Position numbers and translations under genes: made by a program. Under the pieces are notes generated by a model, which worked only from the letters and a program-made list of their open reading frames with translations, had not been told where the DNA came from and made no database searches. Shown piece by piece: positions 18,135-26,040 of a stretch of DNA of 64,000 nt. The DNA comes from a virus (lineage: Duplodnaviria; Heunggongvirae; Uroviricota; Caudoviricetes). The DNA lies in the IMG/VR virus record IMGVR_UViG_3300033119_001367; one strand, 5' to 3'. How positions within the stretch are numbered: the stretch's first letter is position 1; each line of letters starts with the position of its first letter.

Positions 18135-18873
18135 AATATTATGATTTTAAAGGTTTTTCAATAAGAAATCTATTAGTATTAACAACTACAACACCATAAC
18201 TAAAACCACTCTTAATATCATGAGCTTTAGTCTTAAAAGATATAAAGTCTTTATCTTGTTTAAGATCAGAGATAAACTGTTGATAAGCTAGCTTTTTCAT
18301 TGTAATGCTATTTAAGGTTTGATTTATTAGTTTTTAGGTGTTTTTATTAATGCCTTATAAGCTGAAGAGGTGTTGAACTCATTGATAATCAACTAGTTAT
18401 AAAAATAATATAACTAGGTACACATCTACAATAAACCTAGTTATATTATTAACATATTCCAGGTAACACCAGTCTATATGTCAGAACCTTAGGATAGTCT
18501 TGATTTGTTAAGCACTATCTGCTTCAGGAAAGTTATGACCTAGTTATTCCACTAAATTTTGTCATCATAACCTATATCCTTAGTATCTAGGACAGAATGA
18601 GTATTCGCAGGTATATTCCCTGTAATATATCCATTACTGCTATAACATACTAATTAGAACTATATGTTATAATACACTCTTTACAATGATAAGTTAATAA
18701 TCCATGACAGATTACCAGAGCTTATTTATTAGAGCTTATACTACTTATTCATGACTAAGTAATACAGATACAACCCACACTTGTTTTTAATGCTATTTAA
18801 GGACTAAAGTTGATTGATTTACATTATTTGATTTAATTGTTATTAAGCAGTAGATGTGTTTACTCCACTATTT

Positions 18874-18930
18874 TCATTGATAATCAACGAATTATAATTG
18901 ATAATCACTAAATATTTATTGATTATCAAT
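18874..18930. repeat. cluster of palindromic 11-mers TTGAT(A/T)ATCAA (3 copies in 55 bp; a 4th copy at 18382)
   Basis: TTGATAATCAA at 18877, TTGATAATCA at 18898, TTGATTATCAA at 18919. The 15-mer TCATTGATAATCAAC is duplicated exactly at 18379 and 18874. Confidence 0.55.
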
Positions 18931-19100
18931 AAATAAATACCTAGTACTATGTAATACAAGGCTATTTATAGTGATTATTTATAATATATTGTAACTAATT
19001 GATTAATAATGACTTACAAAATCAATAGTGTGTTTTATAAGCCGTGAGATACCAACAATTTTATATAGCCCACCCTAAGATATATAATATCCCACCCATA

Positions 19101-19137
19101 TATATAAAAGAAAGAGAGTGATAGAGTCACTCTCTCT
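19101..19137 (-). terminator. rho-independent terminator after 19145..19606
   Basis: Stem AGAGAGTGA/TCACTCTCT, followed on the minus strand by TTCTTTTATATATA. Confidence 0.55.
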
Positions 19138-19144
19138 CAATTAA

Positions 19145-19606
19145 TTACACTACAACAGCCTCATACTGAAGCTCTGCAACAGGAGTATTTGTTCCTGGGG
19201 CATTAGGGCTGATTCTCAACCAGTATCCTTTCTCAGACTCTCCACCATACAGGAAGTTCTCTTCACTGTCGAAAGTTTCTGTTATGAAGCCTGTAACAAG
19301 CCCTTCAAGCTTGGCAATAGTAGCCAAAGCCTTCTTGTTCTTATGGTCAACCTTCAGAACACCAGCAGCAGCATTGATTTCATCAGCAGCGTCCTGCACA
19401 TTCTTTTCTGGCTTACACTCATCCATGATGCCTATCTGGATAGTATCAGTACCATTGGACAGCCTCATGTACCATAATCCAGCTTTGGCACTGTAGAACA
19501 AGCTCACTGTGCTTGGGTTGAGGTCTTCCAACAATTCATCCTTCTCATAGAATGAAACATTACCAGCTTTACGGTTAGCCAGTTTAAACCTTTCAAAATT
19601 TCCCAT
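19145..19606 (-). CDS. hypothetical protein (153 aa), GC-richer, first gene of the leftward arm
   Basis: ORF track; distinct base composition and its own terminator. Confidence 0.6.
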   Translation of the reverse strand: MGNFERFKLANRKAGNVSFYEKDELLEDLNPSTVSLFYSAKAGLWYMRLSNGTDTIQIGIMDECKPEKNVQDAADEINAAAGVLKVDHKNKKALATIAKLEGLVTGFITETFDSEENFLYGGESEKGYWLRISPNAPGTNTPVAELQYEAVVV

Positions 19607-19818
19607 TTTGATTAAATTTAGTTAATTAAATAATAAGTTAATGACGGGGGAATACACCCATCCACAAACTATAGAGGGGGTGGTGAGGGAGGATTCACCC
19701 TCTTTCCGATGTATATCTTTGGTTTTCAATATTTTAAAAAAAAAATTCCCATAGATATTTTTCAAAAAAAATTTTAAAAAAAATTTTCTAAACCATTTTA
19801 AAGTAGTATCTTTGTTAT

Positions 19819-20193
19819 ATGGAAATTAAACATGCAACTTTAGAGAATGTTCTTAATAGGATTAAAACAAAATCTCACTGGGAACAATTATCTGATGGTT
19901 CCAGATTATACTGGAAAGAAGAGGGAGATGATCTATTAGGAGATAAGTGTGGTTTTACCTTTATACAGGTTAATAGGGTATCTTACCCGATGAATTCAGA
20001 CTTCCTTGACGAGAATACAGAGTATGAGGTACTCTTACATGGAACAGCTTATTTTGATGGTATAAGGCATTTACACTTTGGAGATGAGGCTTCTGATAAT
20101 CTCGGTTACTTCTATTATCCTGAGATGGATGATATTATAGAAGTTCTTAATGTATTAAAAACCTTAGAAGATAAATATTGTAATAAGGATTAA
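19819..20193 (+). CDS. hypothetical protein (124 aa), first gene of the rightward arm
   Basis: ORF track; preceded by A-tract-rich divergent region containing TATCTTTG. Confidence 0.55.
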   Translation: MEIKHATLENVLNRIKTKSHWEQLSDGSRLYWKEEGDDLLGDKCGFTFIQVNRVSYPMNSDFLDENTEYEVLLHGTAYFDGIRHLHFGDEASDNLGYFYYPEMDDIIEVLNVLKTLEDKYCNKD

Positions 20194-20260
20194 CAATTCA
20201 TTAACAAATGGTTTGGCAAAAAAGTCCTAACTTTGTGTATAATTTAAACTGGAAACTTAT

Positions 20261-20611
20261 ATGAGTGAATTAATTGTAGAACCTCTTCAGGAAAATGAAA
20301 ATTTAAAAAGAGAGATTAGAAAATTAGAAGGATTAATCCTTTCCTTCAGGATGAAGATTAAAGAGGAATGGATGGAAATGCCTTACAAATACAATGAAGA
20401 GTTCTTAAAGGAGTATGATGAGTTCTTTGGTATAGTAAAAGAGAGACATGGTTATAAAACCGAAGTATTATACCCCTTAACTCCAAAGCAATGTATGGAA
20501 AGATATAATGCAGAACATACTGATTCTCAGATATTTACAAGAGAATTGAGTAAAGAAGAACAAATTATGTATGATATAATAGTGAAAAAAATTGAGGAAT
20601 ATGGAAAATAA
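20261..20611 (+). CDS. hypothetical protein (116 aa)
   Basis: ORF track. Confidence 0.55.
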   Translation: MSELIVEPLQENENLKREIRKLEGLILSFRMKIKEEWMEMPYKYNEEFLKEYDEFFGIVKERHGYKTEVLYPLTPKQCMERYNAEHTDSQIFTRELSKEEQIMYDIIVKKIEEYGK

Positions 20612-21131
20612 ATACTTTACATCATCTATAGAAGATGAAATATGGAAAGATATTCCTGGTTATGAAGAATATTATGAAGTATCTAATACTGGACTTATAA
20701 GAAGAAAAGCTTACATAATGAAATGTAGATTAACTAATGATGGTTATCCAGCAATTACTTTATGCGGAGGAGGAAAGCAATTATCTAAGACTATACATAG
20801 AATAGTTGCAGAAGTATTTTTAGAGAATCCTGAGAATAAAGCACAGGTAAATCATAAAGATGGAATAAAAGCAAATGCTATGGTTTCAAATTTAGAATGG
20901 GTAACACCTTCTGAGAATATAAATCATGCATTGAATTTGGGATTAAAAGACAAAACTTGGCAGGATGGGGAGAAAAATATAAACTCTAAATTAACAAAAG
21001 AACAAGTTTTAGATATAAGAGAAAAGTGTAAAACTATGAAAATTTCTGAAGTTCATAAAAACTTTTATCCAAATATGAATTACAATACTATTTATGGAAT
21101 TAAAACAAAAAGACTATGGAAGACAATTTAA
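20592..21131 (+). CDS. HNH homing endonuclease (NUMOD4 + HNH_3)
   Basis: WKDIPGYEEYYEVSNTGLIRR (NUMOD4) and HRIVAEVF..NHKDGIKANAMVSNLEWVTPSENINHA (HNH_3 signature). Confidence 0.7.
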   Translation: MRNMENKYFTSSIEDEIWKDIPGYEEYYEVSNTGLIRRKAYIMKCRLTNDGYPAITLCGGGKQLSKTIHRIVAEVFLENPENKAQVNHKDGIKANAMVSNLEWVTPSENINHALNLGLKDKTWQDGEKNINSKLTKEQVLDIREKCKTMKISEVHKNFYPNMNYNTIYGIKTKRLWKTI

Positions 21132-21592
21132 AATATTTTCAGCCTGAAATTTCAGATATAAGAGTTGGGTATGAATGTGAGATACAGGATATAATGCCTG
21201 TAGAGTGGAAAAAAGAAATCATCTGTAAATTTCACAGATTAGAAGATTTGTCTAAATGGGTAGATAGAAATGAAATAAGAGTTCCTTATCTAACTAAAGA
21301 ACAAATTGAAAGTTGTGGATTTATTTTAAAAGCTAAATCTATAGACCATTGGTTTGAGATAAATGAAGATAAAAGATTTGGTACAGGTTTACAGAATTTT
21401 GGAGGATATAAGTGTTATAATGTTTTTTTGAATTATGGTTTTCGCGACCATAAGTTAAAAATAAAGGGAGACTTTACTGGTGGAGAAAAATTTGACAAAG
21501 CTGAAACATTATTTGAAGGAGAATGTAAATGTATCAATGAACTAAGACAGATATTAAAACAAATACATATAACACCATTTTATGGAGAATAA
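21116..21592 (+). CDS. hypothetical protein (158 aa)
   Basis: ORF track. Confidence 0.55.
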   Translation: MEDNLKYFQPEISDIRVGYECEIQDIMPVEWKKEIICKFHRLEDLSKWVDRNEIRVPYLTKEQIESCGFILKAKSIDHWFEINEDKRFGTGLQNFGGYKCYNVFLNYGFRDHKLKIKGDFTGGEKFDKAETLFEGECKCINELRQILKQIHITPFYGE

Positions 21593-22019
21593 ACTTAGTA
21601 TGGAAGAAGTTATATCATCTACATTTTGGAAAGATATTAAAGGTTATGAGGGTTTCTATCAAATTTCAAATATTGGAAAAATAATCTCATTATCAAGAGT
21701 TATTAAATGTGGTAATAGATTTGGAACAAAATCAGAGAGAATTTCTAAAGCAAAGGAGAAATTACCATTTAAAAATAATACTGGCTATTTAATAGTGGAA
21801 TTAAAAAAGAATGGAAAATCTAAAAAGTTCTTAGTTCACAGATTGGTAGGAGAATATTTCCTATTAAACCCAGAAAATAAGATAGAAATAAATCATAAAG
21901 ATTGTGATAAAAATAACAATCATGTAGATAATTTAGAATGGGTTTCTAAACTAGAAAATGAGAATCATGCTAAAATAAATGGTAAAAAGAATTATAAAGG
22001 AAATCAATATGGAATGTAA
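21582..22019 (+). CDS. HNH homing endonuclease (NUMOD4 + HNH_3), paralog of 20592..21131
   Basis: FWKDIKGYEGFYQISNIGKI and HRLVGEYF..NHKDCDKNNNHVDNLEWVSKLENENHA. Confidence 0.7.
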   Translation: MENKLSMEEVISSTFWKDIKGYEGFYQISNIGKIISLSRVIKCGNRFGTKSERISKAKEKLPFKNNTGYLIVELKKNGKSKKFLVHRLVGEYFLLNPENKIEINHKDCDKNNNHVDNLEWVSKLENENHAKINGKKNYKGNQYGM

Positions 22020-22061
22020 AGACATAAACACATTTAGATATATAACAAAACTATTAGGTAT

Positions 22062-22847
22062 ATGAATGAAATATATACAGACTTAGAAAAGAAAATTATG
22101 AAAAAAACTTGGTTTACAAAAGAAAGATTTATTACATATACTATTATAGTAGGGTTGATAATAGGGTTAATTTCGCTGGACCAGTGTAGGAGGGGAGAAC
22201 TTAATGCTAAACAGATTAAGTTGGACTCTACTTCCTTGGCTCTACAGACTATGGTTATTGAGAAGAATAAATTAGGAGATGAGGTTGTGAGACAGAATGT
22301 GATTATAACTGATAATCAAGGAGATATAAAAGAATTAGCACTGGATAATATGAATCTAAAGAAATCCCTTGCTAACAGTATAAAGAAGGTAAAAGCCTAT
22401 GCTAAGATTCAAACTAATACTAGCGTAGTAAATGTAGATGTTCCATATGAGGAAGAAGAAACAGATTTCTATCTACCGCCTATCCAGTATGACAGTTGTG
22501 ATTCAAACGTAATTCGTGTCCCTAAAGTAGCTGTACTGGATACTACAGACCTATACTTTAAAGGCACAGTTACAAAGGAGAAGTTCAGGATAGATTCCCT
22601 AAGCCTTCCTGATACACAGAATATAGTATTTGCCACTACAGGTGGGTGGTTCAAGAAAGATATAAATGGTAAACGCAGGATATACAAGAAACCCAAGCTT
22701 GAGGTTATTATAACCCATACCAATGATTATATAAAGACAACTGGTTTATCCTCAAGCTTTTATGATCCACCACCTAAACCTAGATGGTTAGAAAGAGTAC
22801 TCATAGCTGCTGGAGCAGTAGCTGCAACAATATTATTATTAAAATAA
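22062..22847 (+). CDS. bitopic membrane protein (261 aa; N-terminal signal/anchor with Cys, C-terminal TM helix)
   Basis: TYTIIVGLIIGLISLDQC at the N-terminus; VLIAAGAVAATILLL at the C-terminus. Confidence 0.55.
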   Translation: MNEIYTDLEKKIMKKTWFTKERFITYTIIVGLIIGLISLDQCRRGELNAKQIKLDSTSLALQTMVIEKNKLGDEVVRQNVIITDNQGDIKELALDNMNLKKSLANSIKKVKAYAKIQTNTSVVNVDVPYEEEETDFYLPPIQYDSCDSNVIRVPKVAVLDTTDLYFKGTVTKEKFRIDSLSLPDTQNIVFATTGGWFKKDINGKRRIYKKPKLEVIITHTNDYIKTTGLSSSFYDPPPKPRWLERVLIAAGAVAATILLLK

Positions 22848-22859
22848 AAAACAAAATAT

Positions 22860-23201
22860 ATGCATAATGATGTAATTAGAACCGACTGTAAATTAGGAAG
22901 TCCTGGTCAATTACCTCCAGGTACTTCTGGAATAACTACTAAAGATCCACAGGAGGTAAAACTTTTATCAGTACTAGAAAGATTAAAAGAAGAGAATAAC
23001 TATACAGAAGATGTTATTGCTTCCATAAAGAGTAGGTTAAATACTATTTATGTATCACAGGAAGAAGTGGGAGATCCAGAAAAAATACCTGAGTTAGTAG
23101 TTAATTGTGCTGTTGATGAGTTTAATTGGCAGCTTTTTAGGTTGTATAAAAATAATAAGGCTTTGGCAGAGATTCACGCACACTTAAAGCAGATTATATA
23201 A
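22860..23201 (+). CDS. hypothetical protein (113 aa)
   Basis: ORF track. Confidence 0.5.
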   Translation: MHNDVIRTDCKLGSPGQLPPGTSGITTKDPQEVKLLSVLERLKEENNYTEDVIASIKSRLNTIYVSQEEVGDPEKIPELVVNCAVDEFNWQLFRLYKNNKALAEIHAHLKQII

Positions 23202-23734
23202 TGGCACACCCAGAACAAGCAGTTTTTTGTAATTCAGTTAAGAATAAATTTCCACAGAAATTTGTTAATGCAGATGTATTGGATATTGGCTCTTTGGATA
23301 TAAATGGTAATAATAGATACTTGTTCTCAAACTGTACTTATACAGGAGTTGATATAGGGGCAGGAAAGAATGTGGATGTGGTATCTAAGGGACATGAGTT
23401 TAAACCTGGTAAACAGTATGATATTGTAATCTCAACAGAGTGTTTTGAACATGATATGTACTGGAAAGAAACTATACAGAACTGTATAGATTTAACTAAG
23501 TCAGGGGGATTGTTTATGTTTACTTGTGCTACAACTGGTAGACAGGAACATGGTACAACCAGAACCACACCACAGGACTCCCCCTTTACTCATATCCAGT
23601 TCAGTGACTATTATATGAACCTGACTGAATATGATGTAAGGCAGATTCCAGGCTTTGACAACTCATTCACAGAATTTAAATTTTCAACAAACCAGAATAC
23701 AAAGGACTTGTATTTCTATGGTATAAAACAATAA
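23201..23734 (+). CDS. putative class I SAM-dependent methyltransferase
   Basis: Motif I-like VDIGAGKNVDVV, acidic post-I YDIVISTECFEH, and motif III-like GGLFMFTC. Confidence 0.45.
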   Translation: MAHPEQAVFCNSVKNKFPQKFVNADVLDIGSLDINGNNRYLFSNCTYTGVDIGAGKNVDVVSKGHEFKPGKQYDIVISTECFEHDMYWKETIQNCIDLTKSGGLFMFTCATTGRQEHGTTRTTPQDSPFTHIQFSDYYMNLTEYDVRQIPGFDNSFTEFKFSTNQNTKDLYFYGIKQ

Positions 23735-23735
23735 T

Positions 23736-24098
23736 ATGAAATATTCAGAAAGGTTTTTTAAATTTCCAGTAAGGGTTACAGATGCTTATCTTGCTGACCT
23801 AAAAGAAAAAGAAGCACAGTTATCAGATAGTAGGAGTTTGGATATTCCAACTATAGACAGTTGGATAAAGCTACCATATAGTGAAATAGAGGGGTGGCAG
23901 GAAATGTATCCGCCAGAGACTGCTTTTGAAGATGTATTCTCTAAAGGCTTTCAGTGTACTTTAGTCTTTACCAAGAGTCATGGAGATATACTATGTTCAT
24001 GGGACTTTAAGAAATTTGAGGAAAGATTGGATGCTTTTGAAGCCAAATTAGCTGAGTTTGTAAAAAATTCTAACTTAAATAGCATTAAATCAAATTAA
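23736..24098 (+). CDS. hypothetical protein (120 aa)
   Basis: ORF track. Confidence 0.5.
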   Translation: MKYSERFFKFPVRVTDAYLADLKEKEAQLSDSRSLDIPTIDSWIKLPYSEIEGWQEMYPPETAFEDVFSKGFQCTLVFTKSHGDILCSWDFKKFEERLDAFEAKLAEFVKNSNLNSIKSN

Positions 24099-24129
24099 TT
24101 TTAAAAAACCACTTTGTTATTAACTAAAT

Positions 24130-24477
24130 ATGACTAATTTTGTAGCTATAAAGATAAGGAAAAAGTTTAAAGATGAGTTTGAACTGGCTGTAAAGTTCTA
24201 TAGTATACTAGATGTACTGAACAACTTTAAGTTAAGTCCATTAGAGATAAGAATACTAGCCTATACAGCTATAAAAGGAAATATAGCTAGGGGAGACCAA
24301 AGGAATGATTTTATAGATGTATATAAAAGTACTTATAAGTCAGTGAGGAAAACCGTAACTAAGTTAGTTAAACAAGGTTATTTAACAAAGGACAACAGAA
24401 GAATAGTGGTCAGTCCACAGCTACTGTTTAATATTAAAGACGGTATATTGTTACAACTAAATATGGGACATGAATAA
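24130..24477 (+). CDS. hypothetical protein (115 aa)
   Basis: ORF track. Confidence 0.5.
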   Translation: MTNFVAIKIRKKFKDEFELAVKFYSILDVLNNFKLSPLEIRILAYTAIKGNIARGDQRNDFIDVYKSTYKSVRKTVTKLVKQGYLTKDNRRIVVSPQLLFNIKDGILLQLNMGHE

Positions 24478-24751
24478 GGAAGTACTTATTAAACAAGTAG
24501 CTACAGCTATGGAACTTTCTGAAGATACTGTTTTTAAAGTGGTAGCTTTTCAAGGAGAGGATGCTTTAAAAGCTGTCAAGATACATGATGAGTTGGAATT
24601 CTCTGGATTTGGAAAAATTTATCTTTCTCAAAATAAACTAAAGAAGTACATAAATGGTATTTCAAAAGGTATTGAAAGGGTTAAAGATAATCCAGAGAAA
24701 TTAGAAACATTAACTACTTTAGTTGATAATTTAAATAAAAGAGTAAAATGA
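24470..24751 (+). CDS. hypothetical protein (93 aa)
   Basis: ORF track. Confidence 0.5.
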   Translation: MNKEVLIKQVATAMELSEDTVFKVVAFQGEDALKAVKIHDELEFSGFGKIYLSQNKLKKYINGISKGIERVKDNPEKLETLTTLVDNLNKRVK

Positions 24752-25116
24752 GTTTACTATCTGAGTATTTTGAAATGGCTAAGAGGGGATTAAAAAATCC
24801 AAAGCAGGTAATGGAGGGTATCTGGAATGAACTAAATCATGAGAATCTTCCTGAAGATGAGAAAGAGATAATCATGCAGAGAAGAACTATTTGTGCTGGT
24901 TGCCCGTTTATGTCTAAGAATGCAGAATTGTTGTCTGGTAAAAAATTCTCCAGGATAGAGGAATTTTGTACACTTTGTTCCTGTCCCATAAAGACAAAGA
25001 CAGCTTCATTAAGTAGTTCCTGCGGAGCTGATATTTATAACAGATCACATCCTGATAATAAACAGGAGATAAAATGGACATCCTATGTTAAAGAAAGTAA
25101 ACCTGATGGAACTTAA
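24748..25116 (+). CDS. Cys-cluster protein (122 aa; CAGCPFMS...CTLCSCP), putative zinc-binding
   Basis: ORF track; Cys pattern. Confidence 0.5.
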   Translation: MSLLSEYFEMAKRGLKNPKQVMEGIWNELNHENLPEDEKEIIMQRRTICAGCPFMSKNAELLSGKKFSRIEEFCTLCSCPIKTKTASLSSSCGADIYNRSHPDNKQEIKWTSYVKESKPDGT

Positions 25117-25258
25117 GAAAGCACTTGATAAAGTAAAAACTAAGTTTGTAAATATAGAGATTAATGAGAAAGAGAATAAGATAAGGTTTAATCCTATTGA
25201 AGAAGAAGAAAAAATAGATTTTGATAATGAATTTAATATAAACGAAATAGTAGTATAA
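25106..25258 (+). CDS. small acidic protein (~50 aa, MELKKALDKVKTKFVNIEINEKENKIRFNPIEEEEK...)
   Basis: Manually found sub-threshold ORF bridging 25116-25258; its TAA overlaps the next ATG (TAATG). End coordinate uncertain by 1 nt. Confidence 0.35.
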   Translation: MELKKALDKVKTKFVNIEINEKENKIRFNPIEEEEKIDFDNEFNINEIVV

Positions 25259-25443
25259 TGGGACAAATAGAAGCAATAGTAGATTTTGAAGTTGCAGAAA
25301 TGATAAGATTTTATGGGACTATAGTTGGTACAGAAGGTGTGTCTGAAGAGATAAAAACTTTATGTAATACCAACATAATGAAATTACTGAATAAAATCCA
25401 ACCAAAAGTCGTTGAGTTGACTGGGAAGATTATAACTAAATAG
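25258..25443 (+). CDS. hypothetical protein (61 aa)
   Basis: ORF track. Confidence 0.5.
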   Translation: MGQIEAIVDFEVAEMIRFYGTIVGTEGVSEEIKTLCNTNIMKLLNKIQPKVVELTGKIITK

Positions 25444-25444
25444 G

Positions 25445-25720
25445 ATGAGAACAGATTTTAAAAAAGTTCTAACTCTTTTAGAACAACTACATAAGGAGTA
25501 TCCTGGCTATTCTATTGCTAAACATATAGCAACAGCTACTATGGATTATGGTGATATATGGACTTTATCAGATAAAGAACTTTTTATCTTGTTAAAATCT
25601 TATAAGTCTATATTACCACCTGAGCCTAAAGAAGCTTTTGATAAATTTGTCAATGAGATAGAGGAAGATGGTAAACATGTATTTGAAGATGGGTATTTAA
25701 ATGAAGAGGAGGAAGATTAA
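25445..25720 (+). CDS. hypothetical protein (91 aa)
   Basis: ORF track. Confidence 0.5.
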   Translation: MRTDFKKVLTLLEQLHKEYPGYSIAKHIATATMDYGDIWTLSDKELFILLKSYKSILPPEPKEAFDKFVNEIEEDGKHVFEDGYLNEEEED

Positions 25721-26040
25721 TGGCTACTAAAAAGAGTGTATTTACAGAGGCAGAATTAGAATGGGCTGAAGGTCAATTACTTAGTTGGAAAGCTTATGTA
25801 GATAATAACCCATTACACGAGTTAAAAGATAGAATAGAATGGAAACCCACTTCTAAAGGGGGTATGTTACCAATGGTAATAGCTTCAATAGAAGCTCAGG
25901 GTAAGTTTATCCAGGAAACCATGAAGAACTATCTTGCCCTGTTGAAAGAGGTTGAGATAATGAGGGAGAAAGAAGAGGCTAAAAAAATTGCATCAAGGGG
26001 AGATAAAGATGTATCCCCATTTGAAGAGGGACTTATATAA
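25720..26040 (+). CDS. hypothetical protein (106 aa); positional candidate for terminase small subunit
   Basis: Immediately upstream of terL and abutting it (TAA directly followed by the terL ATG); no recognisable motif. Confidence 0.45.
   Translation: MATKKSVFTEAELEWAEGQLLSWKAYVDNNPLHELKDRIEWKPTSKGGMLPMVIASIEAQGKFIQETMKNYLALLKEVEIMREKEEAKKIASRGDKDVSPFEEGLI

Noticed and set aside
19607-19818. Divergent promoter region with long A-tracts and TATCTTTG
   Set aside because: The TAnnTTTG match sits only about 5 nt before the ATG at 19819, so the transcription start cannot be placed confidently. Noted but not called as a promoter.
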